A DNA stretch of 64,000 bases from Candidatus Melainabacteria bacterium 17Bon1m (GTDB lineage: Bacteria; Cyanobacteriota; Vampirovibrionia; Obscuribacterales; Obscuribacteraceae), in assembly GCA_032128875.1 (NCBI GenBank), contig JAVLKG010000003.1:641008-705007 (forward strand), in the 5' to 3' direction. Each line of letters begins with the position of its first letter. Position 1 is the first letter of the stretch. The position numbers were made by a program, and so were the translations under genes. The notes beneath the pieces are model-generated. The model made no database searches. It was given only the letters and a program-made list of their open reading frames with translations, and was not told where the DNA came from. Positions 42,431 to 52,759 of this stretch are shown here, piece after piece.

Positions 42431-43927
42431 ATGATGAACACGCAGTTTCTTGTTGCAAATGAGCTGGCGGCACTTCTCGCCGCGCCCCTAGCTCTTCTTC
42501 TAAGTTGTTTGGCGACCATTACGTGGAAAACGCGAATACTCATATTTGGTCAGATTGCTGCTTTCAGCTTTGCATTTTTTGGTCTTTCATGGGGTTTGAT
42601 TAATCCATCTCTTGTGCCATCTGCGGCAATGCTCAAGCATTTGCCGTTCAATTTGGATGTTGCCTCGTGTTGCTTGCTTACTGCTATCACATTCATTGCA
42701 GCGGTTGTGCTCTCGTTTAGTGATCGATACTTGCTTGGTGACGCTCATCGGCTGAGTTTTTTGCGACTGCTTGCATTTATGTCGTCGTGCGCAGCGCTGT
42801 TGAGTGTAAGTGACAGTATATGCTTAGCATTTGTTTGTTGGAATGCACTTTCTTTGGGACTCTGGGCAATTATGCGATTGCACTCTGAGTCTAAAGAGTT
42901 CTCAAATGTTGTTCTCGGCTACCACTTGCTTAGCGACCTCGGGTTGCTCGTTGCACTAGTACTGATTGTCGGAGGCACTGAAAGCACACAATTTAGCAAT
43001 TTAACCAGCGCGTCCTTTTCTTTGACGCAGACAATCAATCAGTCGACAAGCTTGGTGGCTTGCTTGCTTCTGGTCCTCTCTTTCGGCATAAAGTCAGCGC
43101 TTTTCCCCTTTCACCGATGGTTGCTGGCTACATTGAATGCCCCCACTCCGCTGTCTGGTTTTTTGCATGCCGGCGTGGTGAATGTTTCAGCGATCATGGC
43201 CTGGCGATTAATGCCGATACTTCATGAACAAACAGAAATTCTCCTCTTCTGGGGGTTATGGTCGGCTGTTTCGGCGATTGTGGGAACTCTCGGCATGTCT
43301 GCCCAGCCGGATGTAAAACGCAAACTGGTTTACTCAACTGCAGGTCAGATGGGTTTTATGTCTCTGCAATGTGCTGTGGGCGCTCCTGGAGCGGCCCTTT
43401 TCCATTTGATTGCTCATGGACTCTTCAAATGTCAGATGTTCCTTCAATCAGGAAGTGCGGTGGCAGAAGGATTGAACAGTAGGAAATTCGCCTATGGGCT
43501 GCAGGATGGTAGTGAAGGAAAAGGTCTGAAAAATCTGCTGATTGTCGTAACCGTGGCTCTGGCCTTTGTCTGTTTCTATACGACATGCATCGACTTCGAT
43601 TGGACGTCGCTGTCAGCTGCAATAACAGCTGCGGCCATTCTGTGTGCGATTCCTGCTCTGGACCGAGTTGATATGAGGTCTCTTTGTTTATTTTTGCTGA
43701 CCACATTACTGTTCGGAGTTGCGACCGGGTTTGGGCGTCGCTTCTTCGAAGGGCTTTTACCCGCAGAATACGCGATAAATGAATGGCTTCTACCTGGTTT
43801 TTTGCTCCTCGCTCTGGCGCTTGCATTTGCCCTGCACATCGCTCGAAGAAGCAGCATTTCCAGGGCCTTATACGTGCACAGCCTGAATGGATTTTATTTG
43901 GGCGAAGTGGAATTGAGCCGTAAGTAA
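42431..43927 (+). CDS. dabB: DAB inorganic carbon transporter membrane subunit (NuoL/ND5-like)
   Basis: KSALFPFHRWL..APTPLSGFLHAG, YSTAGQMGF, HLIAHGLFK; adjacent to dabA, no other nuo genes. Confidence 0.9.
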   Translation: MMNTQFLVANELAALLAAPLALLLSCLATITWKTRILIFGQIAAFSFAFFGLSWGLINPSLVPSAAMLKHLPFNLDVASCCLLTAITFIAAVVLSFSDRYLLGDAHRLSFLRLLAFMSSCAALLSVSDSICLAFVCWNALSLGLWAIMRLHSESKEFSNVVLGYHLLSDLGLLVALVLIVGGTESTQFSNLTSASFSLTQTINQSTSLVACLLLVLSFGIKSALFPFHRWLLATLNAPTPLSGFLHAGVVNVSAIMAWRLMPILHEQTEILLFWGLWSAVSAIVGTLGMSAQPDVKRKLVYSTAGQMGFMSLQCAVGAPGAALFHLIAHGLFKCQMFLQSGSAVAEGLNSRKFAYGLQDGSEGKGLKNLLIVVTVALAFVCFYTTCIDFDWTSLSAAITAAAILCAIPALDRVDMRSLCLFLLTTLLFGVATGFGRRFFEGLLPAEYAINEWLLPGFLLLALALAFALHIARRSSISRALYVHSLNGFYLGEVELSRK

Positions 43928-43952
43928 ATATTGGAAAACTACAGGAGGCATA

Positions 43953-46403
43953 ATGAAAAGCACTCAGATAAGCCGGTCTCAATCACTCAGCGACGCGATT
44001 GGCGATGCGTCGAATTGCATCGCTCCGTTATATCCACTTACCAATTTCATCGCTGGCAATGCTCTGAAGGGTCTTGAAGAAATTCCTTTTGCGTCGGCGA
44101 TGCGGCAGGCTGCTCATCTTTTCGGTGCTCATGGTTTTCTTCTGCTGTCAGAGTATCGCGCGATGTATGAATACGGGCGTATTTCTCCAGCCAATCTCGA
44201 GGAAGCTTTTCTGAGAAAGCACGAAAGTGAAACTGCTCAGCAAGATTCAGAAAAAGAAATTCTCACGTTAGCGGAAATGCTTGACCGCACGAGCGGTTCG
44301 AAAGTTGTAGCCGCTATTAACAGTCAAATGGTGAAGTGGTGTGCGGCTTATTCAGATCGGACACAGGCTCCGTGGAAAGCTTGCAGAAAAGATGATCTGT
44401 ATATCTTTTGGCGAGATTTAGCTAAGTACGATCTTTCGCTTTCTTTTCACGGTGTCAAAGATTGGACTCAAACAATTGCTTCAATGCCTGAGAAGGCGGA
44501 AGACGCTTTAGAAGCGCTTCTAAATGCGCTTGACGTGAGAGGAGAAAACATCTCGCCGTATTTGAGAAGGCATTTAGTTGAGATGCCTGGCTTTGCTAGT
44601 TATTTCAAGTGGCGCGAACAAGAAGGGCATGATCAAGGAGTCTTGTGCGCTTATTTGGCAATTAGGCTGTGCTACGAGAAAGTTTTGTCGCAACCTGTTG
44701 CACGTCGTTTATACAAATCTGATGATCTGGGACTGGTCAGACCCTTGCTTGAATTAGAAACGCTTGCCAAAAAGGCACCGCCTGCTAGCGAAGACTATGG
44801 ACCGGTCTGGCAAGAAGCCTATGAGCTGAATTATCGCGACAGACTTTTGTCTTTGTTGGATAACAAAACGCGAAGCAGCACGGACTCGAAGTGCCAGATG
44901 ATCTTCTGCATCGACGTTCGTTCTGAGCCTATCAGGCGAGAGTTGGAAAGATGTGGACCATATACGACTTATGGCTTTGCCGGATTTTTCGGTATGCCTA
45001 TGAGGATGAGTGAATTGGGAAGCGCCCTTTCAATTGATCTGTGCCCTGTTCTATTGAAGCCTGAGCGTGAAGTTAGAGAAAGCGCGGTCGGTTTATCTGC
45101 GACAAAACGCATAAGCTGGCAAGCTCTGCGAGTGTCCGCTCTGCAATTGAAAAAGAAGCTCAAATGTAATCTTTCCGGTGCCTTCGGACTTGTTGAGATG
45201 TTGGGAATTTTCTCCGCCGTGCCTCTTGCTCTGAAAACATTCTTCCCCTCTCTTGCGAAGAGGATGTGGAATCGTATCGAGTCTAGTGTCGCTGCTGATG
45301 TCCGTACAAGTCTTGATTTGACGAATTTTTCGCTTGAGGAAAAAGTTGCCCTGGCGCAGAGGGCTGTCAAAGGAATCGGTCTGGAGAACTTCGGCGAACT
45401 GATAGTTCTTTGCGGTCACAGAAGTACTTCAACTAACAACCCATTTGCTTCCTCGCTTGACTGCGGTGCGTGTGGTGCCAATGCCGGTGGATTCAGTGCA
45501 CGTTTGGCGGCCGACGTTTTAAACGATTCTGAGGTCCGGGGTGAGCTGATGGTTAGAGGTTTGATAATTCCCGACCGGACGCATTTCATTGCCGCAGAGC
45601 ATGATACGACAACCGATCTGTTTATGTTTTTCGATTGCGACGATTTGTCGCAACAGCATACAGAGATTCTCGATAAGCTCAGATTTGATCTGGTTTGCGC
45701 TGGGGATGAGGTTCGGCGAAGACGAGCGGAGCGCCTGCCTCAGAGTAGTTTGCCCAAATTCGACGATCCACTCGAGCGTTCTTGTGATTGGGGGCAGATA
45801 GCACCAGAATGGGGACTCGCCGGCAATGCCGCTTTTGTCGCCGCTCCCCGGTCCGTGACAAAGCATGCTGACCTAGAAGGAAGGGTATTCCTACATTCAT
45901 ATGAATACAGCACAGATAGTGATGGACAGATCCTCGAGTTGATTATGACAGCACCGCTGGTAGTGGCGCAGTGGATCAATATGCAATATTACCTGTCTAC
46001 CGTTGATAATAAAGTTTTTGGCAGTGGAAGTAAGGTCTTTCATAATGTAGTCGGTGACTTTGGCGTCATGCAAGGCGCACATAGCGATCTGAGGATGGGC
46101 TTGCCGCTCCAATCTGTGGTGACTGAGTCCGGTGTTTTTCATGAGCCGATGCGCTTGCTTGCTGTAATTCGAGCTCCTCTGAGCGCTATAGATTCTGTTC
46201 TAGATAAGCACCATGATGTGCGTAAGCTGGTAGCCAATCGTTGGATTCGATTAGTAGCACTAGAGCCGCAGAGCGGTGAGTTTTTCGAAGCCGAGGATAG
46301 CGGATCGTGGAGACGAATAAACTTTCAATCTCAAGCTGCAAGCGCGGGTTTAGCCGGTCTCTCTGAGGAAGCTTGTGTCGCACGCCAGTCAATACTTCGG
46401 TAA
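43953..46403 (+). CDS. dabA: DAB inorganic carbon transporter soluble subunit (DUF2309, beta-CA-like)
   Basis: FCIDVRSE, GFAGFFG, CGH..NNP..LDCGACG, DWGQIAPEWGLAGNA, WINMQYY. Confidence 0.95.
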   Translation: MKSTQISRSQSLSDAIGDASNCIAPLYPLTNFIAGNALKGLEEIPFASAMRQAAHLFGAHGFLLLSEYRAMYEYGRISPANLEEAFLRKHESETAQQDSEKEILTLAEMLDRTSGSKVVAAINSQMVKWCAAYSDRTQAPWKACRKDDLYIFWRDLAKYDLSLSFHGVKDWTQTIASMPEKAEDALEALLNALDVRGENISPYLRRHLVEMPGFASYFKWREQEGHDQGVLCAYLAIRLCYEKVLSQPVARRLYKSDDLGLVRPLLELETLAKKAPPASEDYGPVWQEAYELNYRDRLLSLLDNKTRSSTDSKCQMIFCIDVRSEPIRRELERCGPYTTYGFAGFFGMPMRMSELGSALSIDLCPVLLKPEREVRESAVGLSATKRISWQALRVSALQLKKKLKCNLSGAFGLVEMLGIFSAVPLALKTFFPSLAKRMWNRIESSVAADVRTSLDLTNFSLEEKVALAQRAVKGIGLENFGELIVLCGHRSTSTNNPFASSLDCGACGANAGGFSARLAADVLNDSEVRGELMVRGLIIPDRTHFIAAEHDTTTDLFMFFDCDDLSQQHTEILDKLRFDLVCAGDEVRRRRAERLPQSSLPKFDDPLERSCDWGQIAPEWGLAGNAAFVAAPRSVTKHADLEGRVFLHSYEYSTDSDGQILELIMTAPLVVAQWINMQYYLSTVDNKVFGSGSKVFHNVVGDFGVMQGAHSDLRMGLPLQSVVTESGVFHEPMRLLAVIRAPLSAIDSVLDKHHDVRKLVANRWIRLVALEPQSGEFFEAEDSGSWRRINFQSQAASAGLAGLSEEACVARQSILR

Positions 46404-47277
46404 GAGAGCCATCCTGGGCACCATGCACAAAAAGGCTGAAGCTTTGACTTTACCCTTTAAGGTTGGTCTGGGAATGGAGCTGCAGACCTGTGAATTCGAC
46501 ACTGACCAGTTGGGGACATTTACAGGTGAGATAGAGAGGCAGGGCAGTGCGGTCGAGACTGCTGGAAAGAAAGCTCGATTGGCAATGTGCAAGACCGAAG
46601 AACCGCGCGGGCTTGGCAGTGAAGGTAGTTTTGGACCGCATCCCCTCATTCCGTATATGGCCTTAAGTCAGGAATTTCTTGTTCTTGTCGATGATGAGTT
46701 GGAAATTCAGGTAGCAGAGAGCGTCGTGACAACCAGGACAAATTACTGTCACACAGAGGTAAATTGCGTCGATGAGACTGAAGAATTTTTGCACCGTGCA
46801 AAATTTCCTTCTCATGCGCTCATCGTAAAGCCTGTCAAAAGCCAATCATCCGTTTTTGACAATGTCAAAAGACTATTCAGCGGGCAGGTCGTGACGTCGC
46901 AGATCTATAAGGGAATTCGAGACAGGGACTCTCTGGCATGTGCAATTCGCACTTGTCGGCAGCATTCCTCTTCTGGGCGCGTTCATATCGAGACTGATAT
47001 GCGAGCGCACATGAATCCAACAAGGATGCGCGTATTAAGGTCATTAGGTATTAAGTTGGTTAGGCGTTTGCTCTCTTCTTGTCAGGCGTGTGGCTGTCCG
47101 GGTTTTGGAATTTCAGGACAAGACGGAAATCTTCCCTGTGAGGAATGCGGCTTTCCATCGGATGCCTATGCTCAAGAGTTGCATTCCTGTCCTCGCTGCC
47201 AATTTACAAAAACACTGCCGCGAAGCGACGGGCTCACTTATGTGGAGGCTCTCTTTTGTCAGCGTTGCAATCCTTGA
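46375..47277 (+). CDS. DUF6671-family protein with C-terminal CxxC zinc ribbons
   Basis: TMHKK, DTDQLGTFTGEIER, SEGSFGPHP, ETDMRAHMNPTRM, four CxxC; overlaps dabA stop. Confidence 0.85.
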   Translation: MSHASQYFGKRAILGTMHKKAEALTLPFKVGLGMELQTCEFDTDQLGTFTGEIERQGSAVETAGKKARLAMCKTEEPRGLGSEGSFGPHPLIPYMALSQEFLVLVDDELEIQVAESVVTTRTNYCHTEVNCVDETEEFLHRAKFPSHALIVKPVKSQSSVFDNVKRLFSGQVVTSQIYKGIRDRDSLACAIRTCRQHSSSGRVHIETDMRAHMNPTRMRVLRSLGIKLVRRLLSSCQACGCPGFGISGQDGNLPCEECGFPSDAYAQELHSCPRCQFTKTLPRSDGLTYVEALFCQRCNP

Positions 47278-47371
47278 TAAAGGAGTAATTAAGTCGCACA
47301 CCTAAGGATATCGCTGGAGCCCTTGTGGCTCGCTAACCGTATCGGTCTTAATGGAGGAGTGAGTTAATTAA

Positions 47372-48175
47372 ATGGATAAGAATCTCAAAGACCTGGAGAA
47401 CGAAAGCATATTTATCATCAGAGAGGCTTATGCAAAGGTGAAGGATCTGGCTTTGCTCTGGTCTATGGGAAAAGATTCTACCGTCCTTCTGCATCTCGTG
47501 AAAAAGGCCTTCATGGGTCACTGCCCTATCCCCTTGGTACATGTGGACGAGAGTTATGAACCAGAGGAAATGACAAACTGGAGAGATGATTACGTGAAGA
47601 GGCATGGATTGCGCCTCATCGTTGGACAAAACAAGCAAGCTCTCGCCGATGGCATGGGTCCTCACAAGGGTCGGCTTGTTTGTTGCAATGCACTAAAAAC
47701 AGTCGCCTTACATCAGACGGTGAAAGAGCGCAAAATTCAGGCGCTTCTCGTCGGCATCAGACGGGATGAAGAAGGATCTCGCGGAAAAGAACGCGTTGTA
47801 TCCCCCAGGTCGGCCGGCGGCGAGTGGATGTATAAGGATCAGCCGGCTGAAATTTGGAACTACTACAACTTGCATGCGCCGAAGGATGTTCATCTGCGTG
47901 TTCATCCTATTCTGCACTGGACGGAGCTGGCGATTTGGGAGTACATACTCAGCGAATCTATTGAAGTTATTCCGCTATATTTCTCTCGAAACGGTATGCG
48001 TTATCGTAGTCTTGGATGTGCGCCTTGCACAGGTGCATTCCCTTCGGAGTCGTCTAGTGTTGAAGAGATCATCGAAGAGCTTAAGCTCTCTAATGACTCC
48101 GAGAGAGCTGGCAGAGCTCATGATCAAGAAGAAATGTATGCCTTGCAGAAGCTGCGAAAAACGGGCTTTATGTAA
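47372..48175 (+). CDS. cysD: Sulfate adenylyltransferase subunit 2-like PP-loop protein
   Basis: LENESIFIIRE, SMGKDS, GIRRDEEGSRGKER, RSLGC, ERAGR. Confidence 0.85.
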   Translation: MDKNLKDLENESIFIIREAYAKVKDLALLWSMGKDSTVLLHLVKKAFMGHCPIPLVHVDESYEPEEMTNWRDDYVKRHGLRLIVGQNKQALADGMGPHKGRLVCCNALKTVALHQTVKERKIQALLVGIRRDEEGSRGKERVVSPRSAGGEWMYKDQPAEIWNYYNLHAPKDVHLRVHPILHWTELAIWEYILSESIEVIPLYFSRNGMRYRSLGCAPCTGAFPSESSSVEEIIEELKLSNDSERAGRAHDQEEMYALQKLRKTGFM

Positions 48176-48223
48176 GTTTGCAATTAGAGCTTGCTACGAA
48201 TTCTAGACGTCCAACGGATGAGG

Positions 48224-49432
48224 CTAAAAAATTATTTCGGCTTGGTTCATTAGAATGCCCAGATGGCGCTTGTCTAGACTTTCTGGATGAATGTCGAAAG
48301 GACGCAGAGCTGCGTTTATTCTGAATGAAATGCGAACTGTCTCTTGGTCACGATTTACGCCTATGAGTTTTGCTTCGTGGACAAAACCGAGAGCATCCTG
48401 CACTCGTGTGAATTGCAGTGGCTGACCGTCGGCCGCAATTTTCAGGCTGAGTAGTTGATCTGGTTTGAGAGCGCTCACTATTCGAAATCGAAGATAAGCA
48501 TCGCCAATTTTAGGAACCCTGAAGTCCAGCCACGACTCATTAGTTGGTCCTGACCATGATGCCTTGTACGCTCCATGATCCTCTTCTTCATACCAACCTC
48601 CGCGAGCGATTGGCTTTGACCTTTTACCGTCGCGTTGTTCCAAATAGTCCGCCGTCGCTGCGTCTTTCTGAACTTCCAATAGAAGTACTTTTCTTCTCAG
48701 TTCAATTACTTCGCGGCACAAGCTGTCTTCTCTGAAGGAGACTATTTGGTCTGCGTGACTCAACGGCATCTCGAAATGCACAGCGAGTTCGGGATGCTCA
48801 GGCGATGTATAAAAACGATTGAGACCATCGAAATATCTGAAGATGTATCCTTGATCTTCCAAAACGTGATGCCATTTTGCCCATGATGGAACATCACTGA
48901 GGGGCTCGAGTGATTCGATAACGATGATCCATGGTTTGAACTTCGCAAAATTGATACCGCCGAGTACTTCGAACTCAGAACCCTCAGCGTCAATCTTGAG
49001 AAAATGAGCTTCTTTGACATTGTGCTCGTCGAGAATATCGCTCAGCGGTAATGCTGATTTCTCTGAGCGTGTAATGGTGATTCCTAAATTTGCTTCGTAG
49101 AGCTTTGCCTGTTGCTCATCTGTAGTTGATAGCCCGGATTCTTTGACTTCGAAAAATGTCACTGTCTCTCGCTTATTCCACGCAATCACCTGCAGGTTGA
49201 TATCATCAGGTCTTTCTGATTCGAGCTTGTTGAACCAGTGCGAAACAGGATCTATGTTTATTCCACGCCATCCTCTGTCGTAGAAAGCTTTAGTCACCGA
49301 ATCCCGCACAGGATCGCAGGCGCCAACATCCACGTAACAACCGCGCTCGATGTGTTTCAACGCTCGATGCAACAACGCGTCTTCTCGATTCTGTGCGTAT
49401 GAAATGAAGTGCGTGTTAGACCAGTTTGTCAT
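48224..49432 (-). CDS. FkbM-family methyltransferase
   Basis: SYAQNRED, YVDVGA, WRGINIDP, FLKIDAEG, FDGLNRFY. Confidence 0.9.
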   Translation of the reverse strand: MTNWSNTHFISYAQNREDALLHRALKHIERGCYVDVGACDPVRDSVTKAFYDRGWRGINIDPVSHWFNKLESERPDDINLQVIAWNKRETVTFFEVKESGLSTTDEQQAKLYEANLGITITRSEKSALPLSDILDEHNVKEAHFLKIDAEGSEFEVLGGINFAKFKPWIIVIESLEPLSDVPSWAKWHHVLEDQGYIFRYFDGLNRFYTSPEHPELAVHFEMPLSHADQIVSFREDSLCREVIELRRKVLLLEVQKDAATADYLEQRDGKRSKPIARGGWYEEEDHGAYKASWSGPTNESWLDFRVPKIGDAYLRFRIVSALKPDQLLSLKIAADGQPLQFTRVQDALGFVHEAKLIGVNRDQETVRISFRINAALRPFDIHPESLDKRHLGILMNQAEIIF

Positions 49433-49557
49433 TGTTTGTTTTCTTCGCTTCCCCGTCTATTGATTATCCCGATCCTTCGTCACTCCAACCGCATCGCCTT
49501 CTCAATCTGCTTGCAGTTCAGCTGATATGTTCTCTTGCCGAATCGTACGAACCGCTT

Positions 49558-51921
49558 TCAGTTATGCGCGCGTTTATGAAGCGCGAATGCTACCAGCGCA
49601 GTCGCAAGCAGGCTGAAGAGAGAGATTGCCATGCCTGTTTTAAGTGGGGCCGGTTCAAAGGAAAACTTTACTGTGCTGCTGCCGGCTGGAACCGTTGTCG
49701 CCCGTATGGCATAGTCAGCTCGATAGACACCGCGACCTAAAGCTTTCACACCATTTACTGAGACGTTCCAACCCGGATAATAACTGTCTGCTGTCACTAG
49801 TAGTGCCGATTCTTTAGTCTGTACTTTGAGGGTCATTGCATTTTCATTTGATTCAATGATTTCTACTGTTGCATTTGGATCGCGCTTTGAGTCAGGCACG
49901 TGTAGAGACCAACCGAGAATTTCCTCTAGCAACACTGTGCGGTTTGGGTCGATTGATGCGGTGCCTATTTGTCCAGTCTGCAATCCTTTTGCAAGTACTT
50001 CCGGTTTTAGAGTAGGCGGCAATATTCTATAGTCACTGACAAGCCAAGCTCTGGGAAACGCCCGCAAGTTCTCATAGATCAGAGCATCACCAGCTTCTTT
50101 CACCACCTTCCAGCGCGGTCCGACTGGCGCCGGACAACGACTATCATTCTTCGGTAGAAGGACATATTTGACAGCAAGAATATCGAGAGTGCGGTCCTCA
50201 TCTTTGGACCATGTGCTATCAACAAGGAAGCCGCCTTCCTTCATGTTGAGCAAGTTTGCGATGCGCTCAGGAAAGAGGTTTTCGTAACCGCTGGCATTTT
50301 GAACGCCCCACAGCATCGACAGATTTACTGGAAGTTCGTCTGCGCGTCCTGAGTTGCCGCGTAAACTCAACAAGCGCTGATGTGTTTTCGCTAGTTCACT
50401 GTTCAACCACGCGACGTGCTCCGGCTGATTCAGTGCAGATGCTGGTGGAGAGGCAACGAAATATTCGCTGCCTAGTGCTACTGTTGCGAAATCGAGAATA
50501 AAAACCAACGTTAGCGCATTCAGAAAAATGTACGAACGCTTCAAGCACAACACATAAACAATCGAACCGAAGATGAATAAGATAATCGGTATTCCTAGAG
50601 CTGGATTTGTCCATGGATACAGCCCAAAGACTCCGGACGCTGTCTCGTGGACCCTTTCTTGTGATGCGCCTGCGATTAGATAGGTAAAGATTGCAGCGAT
50701 GATGAAAAACCCAACGAAGATCGCGTGGGCACGCATAGCAACCTTCTGAGAAACTTGCTTTGTTGCAAGAGCAGCAACACCAGCAGCGGTTAAACAGCTA
50801 AGCGCCATGCTGATTTCGAGGAAGTGTCTAGTTGGTGCTCTAAATCTGTTGTAGCAAGGAAGTTGGTACGCAAGCTGGGAGAGAGGACCGACATCTCCGA
50901 ATATCAAAATGGAGAAAACCAGCAAAGCGATCGACCAGTAAACGATCACCGGCTTCTTTCGAAAAGCAAAAATACCTAGCGGGAAGAGCAGCCAGCTAAA
51001 GAGACCGCAGTAGCCGAGCACGCTTTGTAAGTTGTATGCGCCGAAGTAATTGCAGCCGTAGATAGAATCTTTGAAGCTTCCAAATGCGTAAGGAAAAATT
51101 TGATTGATAAAGTTGACCGGCAGCAATGCGTACTCGACGAAGAGTTTGTAGGTCATTTTCCAGCGCCAGGTGAATGTCCCTAATTCTGCCGCGGGCAAGA
51201 TTACAACGCTGCTTATTCCCACTCCCAGCATGATCGCAAGGAGCGCGAGGAGTGCAAAACGTAGGCGACTCCCTTTTTCTGCTTCAAGTGTTTCTGCAAC
51301 TACAGAACCACCTAATAACGCTAGACCATAGCAAAACATTTGTGGATGTCCTGCGAAACAGAGAAGAGCGGTTGCGAGGACGGTGAGCGAAAACCAGAGC
51401 GCAGGCTTGCTTGGTTGGAGGCGTGCACTTCTGATTGCCCACAGCCCGAGGGGCAGCCAGACTGCGGAATGAACCATAGTTGTGTGGCGGAGGTTTGAAA
51501 GTAGGAAGCCATTGAATGCAAAAATACATCCCGCCACCAGCGCCGCTGTCCAGCAGCTAGTCAAAGAGTACGCATAGAGTGTGGCAAAAAATCCTGCTAA
51601 CGCAAACGCGATAATAATGTACAAATTCCAGCCGCCGGGCAGCAGAGAAAAGATGTGTTTCAGCGGATAGAACGTTTGTGATTGTGGATCGGCATACCAT
51701 GGAAAGCCGCACAGTATCTGGTTAGTCCAAAGGTGTGTTCCGTTTTGAAATGCCGGCAAATACTGAACGAGTGCGTCGCCCGGCGCTAAAAGTTTTCCCT
51801 GAAAAACTACAGGTAAGAAAAAGATGCAAGAAACAATGGCGAAAAAAACAGCTGCATACAGTGAAGGATTGCTTCTGAATTTTTCGACAATGACGCTCAT
51901 GTTGTCGATTCGCTGCATCAA
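49558..51921 (-). CDS. YfhO-family multi-TM membrane protein (GT-C-like)
   Basis: LAPGD, WT..ILCGFP..ADPQ, GHPQ, FRAP.R, ADSYYPGW. Confidence 0.88.
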   Translation of the reverse strand: MMQRIDNMSVIVEKFRSNPSLYAAVFFAIVSCIFFLPVVFQGKLLAPGDALVQYLPAFQNGTHLWTNQILCGFPWYADPQSQTFYPLKHIFSLLPGGWNLYIIIAFALAGFFATLYAYSLTSCWTAALVAGCIFAFNGFLLSNLRHTTMVHSAVWLPLGLWAIRSARLQPSKPALWFSLTVLATALLCFAGHPQMFCYGLALLGGSVVAETLEAEKGSRLRFALLALLAIMLGVGISSVVILPAAELGTFTWRWKMTYKLFVEYALLPVNFINQIFPYAFGSFKDSIYGCNYFGAYNLQSVLGYCGLFSWLLFPLGIFAFRKKPVIVYWSIALLVFSILIFGDVGPLSQLAYQLPCYNRFRAPTRHFLEISMALSCLTAAGVAALATKQVSQKVAMRAHAIFVGFFIIAAIFTYLIAGASQERVHETASGVFGLYPWTNPALGIPIILFIFGSIVYVLCLKRSYIFLNALTLVFILDFATVALGSEYFVASPPASALNQPEHVAWLNSELAKTHQRLLSLRGNSGRADELPVNLSMLWGVQNASGYENLFPERIANLLNMKEGGFLVDSTWSKDEDRTLDILAVKYVLLPKNDSRCPAPVGPRWKVVKEAGDALIYENLRAFPRAWLVSDYRILPPTLKPEVLAKGLQTGQIGTASIDPNRTVLLEEILGWSLHVPDSKRDPNATVEIIESNENAMTLKVQTKESALLVTADSYYPGWNVSVNGVKALGRGVYRADYAIRATTVPAGSSTVKFSFEPAPLKTGMAISLFSLLATALVAFALHKRAHN

Positions 51922-51990
51922 TAAAATCCGGGCAATTCCGAGTGGCTTGAGACATCAGCATTTTAATGGGTTGCCACGCGAACGTCAAAG

Positions 51991-52626
51991 CTAAGGCAAG
52001 CGGATTGGGTCTCGAGGCACGATTTCAAAATTTATGAAGTCGAAACACAAAACTTGCTGTTTTCCAAAGTCAATTATGCAAAATCCGGGACCGTGCTTTT
52101 GTAGCAGAGTGCCGGCGTTGACGAAAGTTACGTCGTCAATTCTACGGACCATTCTGCGATGACTATGCCCTTTGATTACATACCGGTAGTCGCACTCATA
52201 CAACAACTTCTCTAGCGCTTCGTTGCTCGTGAGCGCGTATCCCTCATCGCCAGGGAGAAGTGTTTTCATATCATTCTCGCCAAGTCCATGGCAGAGCAGC
52301 ACGCTACCTCTCACCGATTCAAGCACCCTCGTAGGTGGAACCTGTCTTAGCCACTGAAGGTTTTCTCTTTCAAAATCCTCTTGGTAGTGCACGTCGGCGA
52401 ACAAGCGCATTTCATTATTAAGCAACCAGCGCTCGTGATTGCCTCTCACCGCTGGAATTTTGTTTTCTCGCAAAAGTGCAACGCAGCGGTTGACGTCGCC
52501 GCTTCCATCTACGATGTCTCCAACACTGACAATTTGCTCAACTTGTGGTCGACAAAAGTTGATTGCCTTGTCCAGCAATTCATCTTCAGCGTGGATATCT
52601 CCAATGGCTGCAATTCGCTTAAGCAT
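51991..52626 (-). CDS. Metallophosphoesterase
   Basis: GDIHA, GDIVD, RGNHE, CHG, GHSH, NAG. Confidence 0.9.
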   Translation of the reverse strand: MLKRIAAIGDIHAEDELLDKAINFCRPQVEQIVSVGDIVDGSGDVNRCVALLRENKIPAVRGNHERWLLNNEMRLFADVHYQEDFERENLQWLRQVPPTRVLESVRGSVLLCHGLGENDMKTLLPGDEGYALTSNEALEKLLYECDYRYVIKGHSHRRMVRRIDDVTFVNAGTLLQKHGPGFCIIDFGKQQVLCFDFINFEIVPRDPIRLP

Positions 52627-52759
52627 CGTATGCCATATTAACACCGAGAGGGATTCGTCGCTTGTTGCCGCCTTTTTGAAATGCCTTAGGGGCGCGAGTA
52701 GCAGTCTGTTTTAAGCATTTTTCTTTCTATGGTTTGCCTGCCCTTGATAAGATGTTTCT

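Noticed and set aside
42431-43927. Respiratory complex I nuoL/ndhF
   Set aside because: No other nuo genes; directly followed by DUF2309, which defines DabB
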